Of a DNA stretch of 36,648 nt, positions 26,014 to 35,208 are shown piece after piece (position 1 is the stretch's first letter; each line of letters begins with the position of its first letter). Both the position numbers and the translations under genes were made by a program. The notes under the pieces were generated by a model. That model was not told where the DNA came from. It was given only the letters and a program-made list of their open reading frames with translations, and ran no database searches. This DNA comes from Acidimicrobiia bacterium (GTDB lineage Bacteria; Actinomycetota; Acidimicrobiia; Spongiisociales; JAHEDJ01): NCBI GenBank assembly GCA_029210695.1, contig JARGFH010000038.1:1-36648 (forward strand), read 5' to 3'.

Positions 26014-28977
26014 TCAGTTGTGAAGGACCTGAAGAGCCAGTTCGACCGTTTGGTCTCTGCTCAGCATGCGACCGCGGCTACGGAGAGCTTCAAACTGGGT
26101 GGTCCCGAGCTCGTCCTGGAGTGAGGCGACCACATTGTCGTGGCCGGCCCGGTTGGCGGCGGGTACTGGTGCCCGGGCCACATCCCGGATCGCTTCTTCG
26201 GCTCCGTAGAGCTTCGCCGCACTGCCTGCGTCCCCTCGCCGCGTGGCGAGTACGGCGGTTGTGAAGAGCACTCTCGCCACCCCTACCGGCGAGTCGAGGT
26301 CGACGAACGCCTCCAGGGACTCGATGAGGAGGAGAGCCGCCATGTCTTCCGACCCATGCGAGGCCTCGAGGTCGGCGGTGTACTGAGCGGCGTCGGCCAC
26401 GCCCAGTCGATTCCCGAGCTGCCGGTTGATCTCGAGAGACTGATGGTGGAGATCGAGCGCGGTGTCGGCCCGCCCCTCCAGTTCGTCCACGAATCCCAGG
26501 CGAAGAAGACAATGGGCCCGCTCACGATCATCGCCGATCTTCTCGAACCGGTCTCTGGCCGCCTCGAAGTGTTCTCGCGCTGTGGCGACTTCGCCGAGGT
26601 TCACGAGTGCGATGCCGAGATTGAGCTCCGCAGTTGCTACTCCCCGGACGTCTCCGAGTGCCTCGAACATCGTCGAGGACTCCTCATATCGCTGCCTGGC
26701 TGTTGCATAATCCCCGGACTGGAGTGCCAGCACGCCGATTCCGTTCAGAACGCGAGCCACCCTCCCGGTCTCGCCTGCTCCACGTTCGATTTCCAGGGCT
26801 CGCTCCATCGAGATACGGGCGGCGGTGTAGTCGTCCATCGAGTAGGCGAGGACTCCGAGGGTCCACTCCGCTTTGGCCACGAGGTCCTCGGGAAGGTCGC
26901 GGTATCGGTCGAGCAGGTCGAGGAGGCGTTTCCTGCCCTCGGGAGCGTATCCCCGATGCATCCAGAATGAGGTGAGGGCGTCGGCCAGTTCGATCGCGGC
27001 GACGGGATTATCGGCGGTGGCACGATCTAGGGCGGCCCGGAGGTTGTCGTGGTCCTGATCGAGCCTGGCGAACCAGACCGGTTCATCGGGTCCACCTACC
27101 GAAGCAGCTGCATTTCTAGCTCCGGCCAGGTAGTAGTCGAGGTGCCGGCCTGCACAGACGCCGGTCAAATCCGCTTCATCCAGTCGGGCGGCGGCGAACT
27201 CACGCAGCGTTTCGAGAGAGCGATATCGGGTCGGCCGGTCGGGGACGATCTCTGCTTGCAGCAGCGACTTCTCGACCAGGCCGCCGATGAGGTCGAGTGT
27301 TTCTGATGTTGTTTCCCCTACATGGTGGGCAGCCTCCAGGGTGAAGCCGCCCTTGAACACCGATAAGCGGTCGAACAGCTTGCGCTCATCGTCATTCAGG
27401 AGGTCGTAGCTCCAGCGGATCGTCTCGCGGAGGGCGACATGTCGGTGCGGCAGGCCCCTGTCTCCGCGGGTCAGGAGGGAGAGTCGTTCGTCCAGTCGTT
27501 CGGCGATCTCGGGAATACTCAGCACGTTCGCCCGAGCGGCTGCAAGCTCGATGGCGAGCGGTAGGCCGTCGAGCCTGCGGCAGATCTGTCCCGCGGCCGG
27601 CAGAGTCCCGGCATCCTCTTCCAGGTCCGGATTGCGGCGCCGGGCGCGATCGATGAACAGGATGACGGCATCGGCTTTGGCGATGCCGTCGGGTGGGTCG
27701 GCCGGATCGGGGAGCCGCATCGGTGGCACGGTCCAGGAGGTCTCGCCCTGCACATTGAGACGCTGGCGGCTGGTTGCCAGCACCGAGGTGCCCTCGGGGT
27801 CGGTCGGCAGCTTCGAGAGCAGGTGGACGGATCCGTCGATGACATGTTCGCAGTTGTCGAGGATCAGAAGCGTCCGTTTCGCCCACAGGAACTTCCGGAT
27901 GGCTTCGATGACGTCTTGGCCCGGTTCCGGTGCAACGCCGAGGGTTTCTGCGACTGTGTCGGTGATCTCGTCTCCGGGCGTGAGTGGAGCGAGGTCGACG
28001 AACCAGACGCCGTCTGGGTAATCGGAGAGGAGGGATCCGCCGATCTCCAAGGCGAGTCGGGTCTTGCCGCAGCCTCCCGGCCCGGTCAGCGTGACCAGGG
28101 GACGCTGTCGGGTGAGTGCAGTGATGCGTTCGAGTTCCTGGTGCCGCCCGATGAAGGCGGTCGCGGGCGGGTCGAGGTTGGTGGGAGTCTCGGCGGACGC
28201 AGTGGTGAGGGTCAACCTGGGGTCCTGAAGCAAGATACTCTCTTCCAGGTCCTGAAGGGGTGGGCCTGGCTCGATTCCGAGTTCTTCCCCGAGGACGTCT
28301 GCCGCGCGCTTGTATGTGCGGAGAGCATCTGCTTGACGTCCTTCCCGATAGAGCGCCAGCATCAACTGCTCCCAGTGCCGCTCACGCAGCGGGTGATACT
28401 TCACGAGCTTCTCGAGTTCGGCGATCAGCCCACCGTGCTTCCCGATGGCCAGATCGGCGTCGATCCGATCGCCTATTGCACCGGCGCGAAGTTCGTCCAA
28501 TCGGGTCGCCTCGATCTGGGCTCCGTCGAGATGGCGAACGTCTGCCAGAGCATCACCGCGCCAGAGCGCCAGTGCTTCCGTCAGGGTGACGGCGGCCGCG
28601 CCCGCAGAACCAGAAGCCATGGCGGCGCGCCCCCTGCGGACCAGGTCTTCGAAACGGCTGGCATCGATGCACGCCTCGTCGACCTCGAGTGAGTATCCAC
28701 CACTTGTCGTGACGATGACGGCGGGTGATCCACCGTTGTGCTGAGCCAGCAGTTTGCGCAACTTGGCGATATAGACCTGGAGAGCCGAGGTGGCAGTTGC
28801 CGGAGGTCGAGCATCCCAGAGTCGATCTATCAAACGATCGGTGGAAACGACCCGGTTCCGATGGAGCAACAGGAGGGTTAGGAGATCCCGTTGGCGCGTG
28901 CTTCCGGGCAGGATGCTGTGGCCCCCTGCCAGCAGGTCGACCGGCCCCAATAGCCGGAACTCCATGGCTTCTGCCAT
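26014..28977 (-). CDS. AfsR/SARP family regulator: wHTH-BTAD-STAND NTPase-TPR
   Basis: FRLLGP, ALALWRG, HPLRE, LMLALYREGRQADAL, Walker A GPGGCGKT, LILDNCEH, RLDGLPLAIELAA and C-terminal TPRs. Confidence 0.93.
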   Translation of the reverse strand: MAEAMEFRLLGPVDLLAGGHSILPGSTRQRDLLTLLLLHRNRVVSTDRLIDRLWDARPPATATSALQVYIAKLRKLLAQHNGGSPAVIVTTSGGYSLEVDEACIDASRFEDLVRRGRAAMASGSAGAAAVTLTEALALWRGDALADVRHLDGAQIEATRLDELRAGAIGDRIDADLAIGKHGGLIAELEKLVKYHPLRERHWEQLMLALYREGRQADALRTYKRAADVLGEELGIEPGPPLQDLEESILLQDPRLTLTTASAETPTNLDPPATAFIGRHQELERITALTRQRPLVTLTGPGGCGKTRLALEIGGSLLSDYPDGVWFVDLAPLTPGDEITDTVAETLGVAPEPGQDVIEAIRKFLWAKRTLLILDNCEHVIDGSVHLLSKLPTDPEGTSVLATSRQRLNVQGETSWTVPPMRLPDPADPPDGIAKADAVILFIDRARRRNPDLEEDAGTLPAAGQICRRLDGLPLAIELAAARANVLSIPEIAERLDERLSLLTRGDRGLPHRHVALRETIRWSYDLLNDDERKLFDRLSVFKGGFTLEAAHHVGETTSETLDLIGGLVEKSLLQAEIVPDRPTRYRSLETLREFAAARLDEADLTGVCAGRHLDYYLAGARNAAASVGGPDEPVWFARLDQDHDNLRAALDRATADNPVAAIELADALTSFWMHRGYAPEGRKRLLDLLDRYRDLPEDLVAKAEWTLGVLAYSMDDYTAARISMERALEIERGAGETGRVARVLNGIGVLALQSGDYATARQRYEESSTMFEALGDVRGVATAELNLGIALVNLGEVATAREHFEAARDRFEKIGDDRERAHCLLRLGFVDELEGRADTALDLHHQSLEINRQLGNRLGVADAAQYTADLEASHGSEDMAALLLIESLEAFVDLDSPVGVARVLFTTAVLATRRGDAGSAAKLYGAEEAIRDVARAPVPAANRAGHDNVVASLQDELGTTQFEALRSRGRMLSRDQTVELALQVLHN

Positions 28978-29096
28978 CCCTGTCCTCTCCCTACGCAGAT
29001 CGTAGCTGTGGCGGATCGCTCACGCAGCGTGCAAATTCAGCTCTGTCTGCGGTGCCGGCGCGTGTGTCTCTCAGTGCGCCCGTGCACAACGGAAAC

Positions 29097-30107
29097 TCAC
29101 GACCCCGGGCTCACCGCTCGTTCCACCACGAACTCCGCGGACTTCGCCATCGCGCGCGCCGTTGCCGGGTGGCCCGGAATCAAAGCGGGCCAGACGTGGA
29201 ACATATCCGGTTCGAGAATCAGGTCGACGTCCGCGCCGTCCCGTTTGGCCGCCTCGGCCAGGTTGAGGGAGTCGTCGAGGATCATCTCCCTCCCCCCGGC
29301 GAAAATGAGCATCGGTGCAATCCCCGTGAAGTCCCCGTACCTCGGTGAGACATACGGGTTGCGCGGGTCGGCGGTACCGATGTACTCCAGGTTGGGACGG
29401 GCATCGCCAAGGGGAAGGTAGTCCGTTTGCCAGTTCCGCCGCAGGCTCTCGCTTTGGTGTTCGAGGTCGGTGTAGGGGGAGAAGAGGATGCTGCCGGCCG
29501 GAAGGGGATGGTGCTCATCCCTGAGACGGAGCAGGAGCGCGGTGGCCAGTCCACCGCCGGCGGAGTCTCCGGCCAGAATGATCTTCCCAGGTTCGATTCC
29601 CTCTTCTAGGAGCCCCAGGTAGGCGGACAGTGCATCGTCGACCGCCGCCGGAAACGGATGCGCAGGAGCAATCCGGTAGTCGGCGACGAATGAGCGGGTG
29701 TGGGTCTCCCAGGTCAACCGGGCAACGAAGCGCCGATGGGTGGCCGGGTTGCCTGAGAGGTACGCACCGCCGTGGAGGTAGAGGATGGTCGCCCGGTCAT
29801 CCAGGTGGCCGCCCCGTTCATGCCATTCCCCTCGTATGGATCCGACGGATCCCGGGCGCACCGCGACCAGGTCGCGCAGGCTCCGCGGTAGACGGGGATT
29901 GAAACTCGCCTCGAGTGCTCTCCGTTCGGCTCTGTCGCCGCCGACGGCGCTCGCCATGATGAAGGCGCGCAGGGCCACCACCGTCATCTCTACCGACCAT
30001 GACCAGGTCGGGACGACGGGGCCTCTGAAGATCCGGTGGAAGGTCCGGCCGACGACTGCAACGAGTACGGCCAGCGCCAGGCGAATAATGAGTCTGATTC
30101 TTCCCAT
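29097..30107 (-). CDS. Alpha/beta hydrolase (HSL-family esterase/lipase) with N-terminal hydrophobic extension
   Basis: LHGGAY, DYRIAP, GDSAGG nucleophile and MFHVW; ATG 30107 lies 6 nt after TATCGT. Confidence 0.9.
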   Translation of the reverse strand: MGRIRLIIRLALAVLVAVVGRTFHRIFRGPVVPTWSWSVEMTVVALRAFIMASAVGGDRAERRALEASFNPRLPRSLRDLVAVRPGSVGSIRGEWHERGGHLDDRATILYLHGGAYLSGNPATHRRFVARLTWETHTRSFVADYRIAPAHPFPAAVDDALSAYLGLLEEGIEPGKIILAGDSAGGGLATALLLRLRDEHHPLPAGSILFSPYTDLEHQSESLRRNWQTDYLPLGDARPNLEYIGTADPRNPYVSPRYGDFTGIAPMLIFAGGREMILDDSLNLAEAAKRDGADVDLILEPDMFHVWPALIPGHPATARAMAKSAEFVVERAVSPGS

Positions 30108-30198
30108 CCCACCACGATACGCCGCTCGAATGACAGTGTTGGTTCCTGTGGCCATCCGTCGATTCAACGAACACCCGGGCCGCTAGCCTCAACTGCTT

Positions 30199-31425
30199 AT
30201 GGGGCGCTTCCTGGTCAGGCGGATCATTTCCTCGGTCATCACCCTATTTCTGTTCGCCACCGTGGTCTTCTTCGTCGCCAAGGTCATGATGCCGGGCGAT
30301 TTCACGAACAACTTCATGCCGGGTCTCGGAGAAGGGAGAGCCGAGCTCCAGGCAGAGTTGGGTCTCGACCGGCCCCTTTTCGAGCAATGGTGGCGGTTCA
30401 TGGAGAGCTTCGTTCGGGGGCGCTTCGGGGAGACAACCGACGGACGTCCGATTCTCGACCTCATGACAACTCTGCTGCCGTGGAGCCTTCTGATCTTCAC
30501 GCTCTCGATCGGCCTGGCGTTCTTGACCGGCCACTGGCTCGGCAAGGTCGTCGGCTGGTCGAAGAGCCGTCGGCTGAAGGCCATCATCCGCCTGGGTGCA
30601 GTGACGACCCACACGCTCTTTCCCCCGTTCCTCACCTTCGTGCTGGCGGTCGCCTGGATCAACCTGGCCGGTCTGGCCGGTCGCAGCGCCATGATCAGCC
30701 TCGCCGACGTCGATCAGGGTGCGATCAGGGTCGGGAGATCTTTCATGATCCTGCCGACCACGGGTGACCCTCTGCTCTGGCAGATGTCCGCCGCCTTCGT
30801 CGTGACCGGGATCGTGGTTCTGAGTATGCAGAGGCCCTTCCTGCGATTGTTCCGGCGTCGCATTCCCGGGTGGGTTCTGTTCCTCCTGTGGGTTGGACTC
30901 AACCTGGCTTTCTGGCAGTACCTCGGCGAACGCGCCAAGGCTCTCGACGTTCTCTTTCTGCTTTCCCTCCCGTTGCTGGCAGTCGCCATACTGACGATCG
31001 GAGAGATCATCCTCGTGGTGGAAGCAGCCATGGACGGAGTGGCTCAGGAGGCCTATATACATACGGCGCGGGCCATCGGCATGCCGGAGAAGCAGGTACG
31101 CAACCGCCATGCGGCAAGAGTGGCGCTGCTACCCGCCCTCAGCCGTTTCGTCGTTTCGTTGCCGTTCGTACTGTCGGGCCTGGTCATCGTCGAGTATGCC
31201 TTCTCGGTACCCGCCCACTACGGAGCATCGATCAACTTCCCCGGGTTGAGCTCGGTGCTGTTCGCTTCGCTGCAGGCGAGGGACTACCCGCTAGTAGTAG
31301 GAGGCTTGCTATTCATCGGGTTGATCTCGGTGGGAGCCCGGATCGTGCTCGACGTGCTGCACGCCATGCTCGATCCTCGAACCCGCTACGGCCAGACCGA
31401 CCGGCCGACTGAGATGGCGATATGA
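30199..31425 (+). CDS. DppB/OppB-like ABC permease
   Basis: FLVRRI, MPGD, LGLDRPLFEQW, YIHTARAIG, IVEYAFS..PGL, RDYPLV and LDPR motifs. Confidence 0.88.
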   Translation: MGRFLVRRIISSVITLFLFATVVFFVAKVMMPGDFTNNFMPGLGEGRAELQAELGLDRPLFEQWWRFMESFVRGRFGETTDGRPILDLMTTLLPWSLLIFTLSIGLAFLTGHWLGKVVGWSKSRRLKAIIRLGAVTTHTLFPPFLTFVLAVAWINLAGLAGRSAMISLADVDQGAIRVGRSFMILPTTGDPLLWQMSAAFVVTGIVVLSMQRPFLRLFRRRIPGWVLFLLWVGLNLAFWQYLGERAKALDVLFLLSLPLLAVAILTIGEIILVVEAAMDGVAQEAYIHTARAIGMPEKQVRNRHAARVALLPALSRFVVSLPFVLSGLVIVEYAFSVPAHYGASINFPGLSSVLFASLQARDYPLVVGGLLFIGLISVGARIVLDVLHAMLDPRTRYGQTDRPTEMAI

Positions 31426-32423
31426 AACGCCGGTCATGGTGGAGCATCGCATGGGTGCGGTTCCGGTCGAACAAGCTGGCAATGTTCGGCGTGTTCCTCA
31501 TCGGCATGTATGCGGCAGCTGCCTTCGTGCATCCGATCTTGATGGCAACGGTCTGGGATCGCGACACCTACCACCCGATCTACGGGCATGACGACGTCAT
31601 CGTCCAGAAGGAAGTCGTCCTGGTTGTGACCGACGATGACACACAAATTCAACTGATGCGGGCCCGGATGGTGAATCCGTTCGTTGAAGTCGGTGAATCA
31701 GTGTCCGAGGTCACCCTCCCCGAACCGTTCACGGTCGAGCATCCGCTCGGTGTGGACAATCTTGGACGGGACGTCTTGTCGATGGTGCTGGCGGCGAGCA
31801 CTCCGAGTTTTGTGGTCGGCCTTTCCGCGGCGATCACGACCGCGGTCGTCGGGCTGCTGGTGGCGACGACTGCTGCGTATTGGCGAGGGCCGACCGACAT
31901 GATCCTGACCGAGGTGTCCGACACCCTCCAACTGCTCCCGGCGCCCTTACTGATGGTTATTCTCGGTGCCGGGCCGTTTCGGGATTCGCTCGGTCCACTT
32001 GCCTTCGGGTTGATCTACGGTGTCGTCGCCGGGGCATCGGGTGCGGCCATCGTGCTGCGGAGCCAGGCCTTGAGCGTGTTGAGCAGACCATTCATCGACG
32101 CCACCCGTGTGGCGGGGGCGGGTGCCAAACAGATCATTCTGAGGCATCTGTTGCCGCATCTGGTGCCGGTGGCAGCCCTCTACATGTTGCTCGGCGCCAG
32201 CGGAGCAATCGTGGCGGATGGGTTCGTGTCGTTTCTCGGCTTCAGCAACACCCGGCTGAACTGGGGAACCATCATCTTCTTTGCCATGTCGCTCCCTCCG
32301 GCCAACCGGGCCGGGATTCCGTGGGAAGCGATCATCGCCGCTGCGGGTGCAATCAGCCTGTTTTCTGCGGCGTTCTACCTGGTTGGTTTGGGGTTCCGAG
32401 ACATCGCCCGGGCAACCGACTGA
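31422..32423 (+). CDS. DppC/OppC-like ABC permease
   Basis: ATGA overlap; RFRSNKLAMFG, HPLGVDNLGRDV, FIDATRVAGA, RHLLPH and SFLG..WG motifs. Confidence 0.88.
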   Translation: MKRRSWWSIAWVRFRSNKLAMFGVFLIGMYAAAAFVHPILMATVWDRDTYHPIYGHDDVIVQKEVVLVVTDDDTQIQLMRARMVNPFVEVGESVSEVTLPEPFTVEHPLGVDNLGRDVLSMVLAASTPSFVVGLSAAITTAVVGLLVATTAAYWRGPTDMILTEVSDTLQLLPAPLLMVILGAGPFRDSLGPLAFGLIYGVVAGASGAAIVLRSQALSVLSRPFIDATRVAGAGAKQIILRHLLPHLVPVAALYMLLGASGAIVADGFVSFLGFSNTRLNWGTIIFFAMSLPPANRAGIPWEAIIAAAGAISLFSAAFYLVGLGFRDIARATD

Positions 32424-32433
32424 GGGCTAACGG

Positions 32434-32462
32434 AGTCGACCGGCGCAAAGCGCCGGTCGACT
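32434..32462. terminator. Hairpin between convergent genes
   Basis: AGTCGACCGGCGC-AAA-GCGCCGGTCGACT, 13-bp stem followed by TCTT on the + strand. Confidence 0.75.
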
Positions 32463-32489
32463 TCTTGTACTAGCTACTAGGTACGTCTT

Positions 32490-32774
32490 CTAGTAACGGT
32501 CGCCGCCGCCTCCACCGCCCGGGCGGCGCTCCTGGCGTGGGCGAGCCTCGTTGACGGTCAGACGGCGTCCGTCCATGTCGGATCCGTCGAGCTTCTCGAT
32601 CGCTTCGCGTCCTTCGTCATCGTTGGCCATCTCGATGAACCCGAACCCACGGGAGCGACCGGTGGCGCGGTCCATGATGACCTGGGAGGAGGTGACCTCA
32701 CCGAAGGGGGTGAACACGCTCTCGAGATCCGAAGACGTGAATGTATAGGGCAAGTTGCCTACATAGATGTTCAT
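32490..32774 (-). CDS. RRM (RNP-1) RNA-binding protein with Gly-rich tail
   Basis: RNP2 IYVGNL, RNP1 RGFGFIEM, GRRLTVNEARP; TAATG coupling to the upstream gene. Confidence 0.95.
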   Translation of the reverse strand: MNIYVGNLPYTFTSSDLESVFTPFGEVTSSQVIMDRATGRSRGFGFIEMANDDEGREAIEKLDGSDMDGRRLTVNEARPRQERRPGGGGGGDRY

Positions 32775-33193
32775 TACCGATTTCCTTCTGAAACAACCGA
32801 CACGAGCTCGACCGTAAAGGTGAGCGCTTGACCGGCGAGCGGATGATTGGCATCGACCTGCACAGTCGCTTCCGATACGTTCAGCACGATTGCCGGCTGC
32901 CCGGTGGCTAGTTGCACCGAGTCGCCGACGGTGAGTCCGTCGGGAGCGTTTGCTGCTGGTACGTCGAACACGAGGTCGTCCCGCGTCTCGCCGTACGCAT
33001 CGCCCGGTTCGAGTCGGAATGTGGCGGACTCGTCAACGGAAAGGGGTTCCACGGCCCGTTCAAACCCGGGAATCACCTGGCCGGCACCCATCTCGAATTC
33101 GAGAGGATCGCCGTCGAGTGATGAATCGAACTCCGATCCATCGTCGAGCATTCCCGTGTAGTGAACCGTGACCCGGTCGCCGGAAGCCGGCAT
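32774..33193 (-). CDS. FKBP-type peptidyl-prolyl isomerase (short SlyD/FkpB-like)
   Basis: VHYTG..DGSEFDSS, VIPGFE, AYG and VDANHPLAGQALTF motifs; GAAAGGAG RBS. Confidence 0.93.
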   Translation of the reverse strand: MPASGDRVTVHYTGMLDDGSEFDSSLDGDPLEFEMGAGQVIPGFERAVEPLSVDESATFRLEPGDAYGETRDDLVFDVPAANAPDGLTVGDSVQLATGQPAIVLNVSEATVQVDANHPLAGQALTFTVELVSVVSEGNR

Positions 33194-33395
33194 TCGGGTC
33201 TCCTTTCTCGCTTCTCGTCCCACACAGCACACCACCCGGCCAGGCCGGTCATGACATGCGGCACGGGTCTGGCTACAGGCCCCAAACCCGAACTCCTGGA
33301 ACGGAAAAGAGACGCTGCAGTCGCAGTTCGTGCAACTGCCGGAAAGGACTCTAGCGCGCGTATTTCTGGGGTCCAGGCAGAATTTGCTTCAGAGA

Positions 33396-33445
33396 TTTCT
33401 CCGCAATGCAATGGTGCGAATTCGATACACAGCATTGCCGAGAAA
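33396..33445. repeat. REP-like ~50-bp palindrome, copy 3
   Basis: TTTCTCCGCAATGC-AATGGTGCGAATTCGATACACA-GCATTGCCGAGAAA, 2 nt after the ABC gene stop; same 22-nt spacer length. Confidence 0.88.
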
Positions 33446-33447
33446 AC

Positions 33448-35208
33448 TCAGGGGGCCTCATCGGTGGCCGCCCAGAGGTCACGCATCAAGGACGACCGGT
33501 CCAGTAGTTCATCGAGTGTTCCGCGTTCCACGAGGCGACCGCCGTCCATCACCAGGATCTGATCGGCGCGTTGCAGTGCCACCCGACGGTGGGAGACGAC
33601 CAGGCAGGTCACATCCCGGCGTTCGAATAGGCGCGTCCACAGCTCGGCTTCGGTGTGAAGGTCCAGCGCCGACGAGAGATCGTCAAACACCAGCAACTCG
33701 GCCTCGGTGGCGAACATTCGCGCCGCCGCCGACCGCTGAAGTTGACCGCCCGACAATTTCACGCCCCGGGCGCCGACCATCGTGTCAAGGCCGTCCTCGA
33801 GGCGCTCGAGATCGGGATCCAGCACGGCCAGTGCCACCGCTTCCCGCAACCGCTCCCGGGTGACGCGTTGCCCGAGGGCAATGTTGTCGGCCAATGTGTC
33901 GGAAAACAACCGGGGCACCTGAGGCGTGTAGGCCGAGCGCGGCGGGGTCAAGAACGAGGCGGGATCCGTGATCTCGTGTCCATTCCAGGTGATAGAGCCC
34001 TCAAACGGGACCAGTCCGAGCAGCGCCCGCAACAGGGTCGTCTTGCCGGAGCCGATCTTGCCTGTAATCACGGTGAAGGTGCTGCGATCAAGTGTGAACG
34101 AGATGTCCGCGATTCCATCCTCGGAGTCCGGATACCGGAAGGTCAGATTGCTCACATCGAGATGCTGCAGGCGGTCGGCAGCCTCGAGACGAACCGGCGG
34201 CAGGGATGGGACATCGCCGGAGAGAGGAACGCGGGTCCTTTCCATCAGCGCTTCATCCGGCGCATCAACGGCGAGTCTCTTGACCCGTTCGAACGCAACT
34301 CCGGTTCTCCGGTACTGAGCAATGATGTCGCCCACGAATGCCGTGTAGCCCGTGAGTCGGGGCAGGTAGGTCAAGAACACGGCGAGGTCGCCGACTGTGA
34401 AGGTACCGTCCCGGATGGCCCCGGCGGCGACGATGAGGACGAGGGCGGTCCCGACAGTGGCCATGTTGGTATTGATGGAGCGCAGCAGTTCGGTGAGAAA
34501 GGTGTCCCGGAGGGCCGCGGCGCGGCGCGTCTGGTTGAGCTGCCGGAATTCACCGAGAAGAGCCTTCTCGGCGCGGGCGAGTTTCACCGCTTGCACTGCG
34601 CCGAACGTCTCGCCCACGAAGCCCGTCACGTTCTCAGTGGCGGTGCGCATCACCCGCCTCCGGTTGCGGATCTGAGGGCTCAGCGACTGCGTGAGCACCC
34701 CGGTGAGGAGGAGTGGGATGAGGATCAATCCGGTGAGCCCGGCGTCGATCCTGGCCATGACGAACACCGAGCCCAGGCCGAACGCGACCACCCCGCCGAG
34801 GTCGACCCAGTTCTCCACGTACTCCAGAAGGTCGTCGATGTCATCCCGAAACGTTGAGATCGCCTGGGAAGGGTCGACGGCTATCGTTCGCGAACCGGGG
34901 GCTTCCAGCAGCCAGCGAAGCAAGTTTCTTCGCAGCTGGAGGGCCTGATCGTTCCAGTAAGTGATCCAGGCCACATCCGCAAACCAGAGCACTCCGTTGC
35001 GTCCGATCGCAAGAGCAGCGAACACAATCACGGCGGTCCATGGACTCGCTCCGGCCGGACCTGTGCCGGCCAGCCGATCGAAGACCTGGCCGATCAACAA
35101 CCCGAAAACGATCGGGAGGGAGTGGACGATGGTCCACAACACTGCACTGAACGAGAAGAGCGCCGGCCGGTAGCGGATCATCTCCCAGGCGAGTCGGAGT
35201 GTGCTCAT
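33448..35208 (-). CDS. ABC exporter, fused TMD-NBD
   Basis: N-terminal TMD; GKIGSGKT, LSGGQ, degenerate Walker B LVFDD and VSHR. Confidence 0.93.
   Translation of the reverse strand: MSTLRLAWEMIRYRPALFSFSAVLWTIVHSLPIVFGLLIGQVFDRLAGTGPAGASPWTAVIVFAALAIGRNGVLWFADVAWITYWNDQALQLRRNLLRWLLEAPGSRTIAVDPSQAISTFRDDIDDLLEYVENWVDLGGVVAFGLGSVFVMARIDAGLTGLILIPLLLTGVLTQSLSPQIRNRRRVMRTATENVTGFVGETFGAVQAVKLARAEKALLGEFRQLNQTRRAAALRDTFLTELLRSINTNMATVGTALVLIVAAGAIRDGTFTVGDLAVFLTYLPRLTGYTAFVGDIIAQYRRTGVAFERVKRLAVDAPDEALMERTRVPLSGDVPSLPPVRLEAADRLQHLDVSNLTFRYPDSEDGIADISFTLDRSTFTVITGKIGSGKTTLLRALLGLVPFEGSITWNGHEITDPASFLTPPRSAYTPQVPRLFSDTLADNIALGQRVTRERLREAVALAVLDPDLERLEDGLDTMVGARGVKLSGGQLQRSAAARMFATEAELLVFDDLSSALDLHTEAELWTRLFERRDVTCLVVSHRRVALQRADQILVMDGGRLVERGTLDELLDRSSLMRDLWAATDEAP

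Noticed and set aside
24677..28977. Calling the locus CBASS or Avs anti-phage defence
   Set aside because: No Cap effector or E1/E2/JAB genes are present. The STAND protein has the common wHTH-BTAD transcription-regulator architecture rather than a nuclease or other toxic effector.
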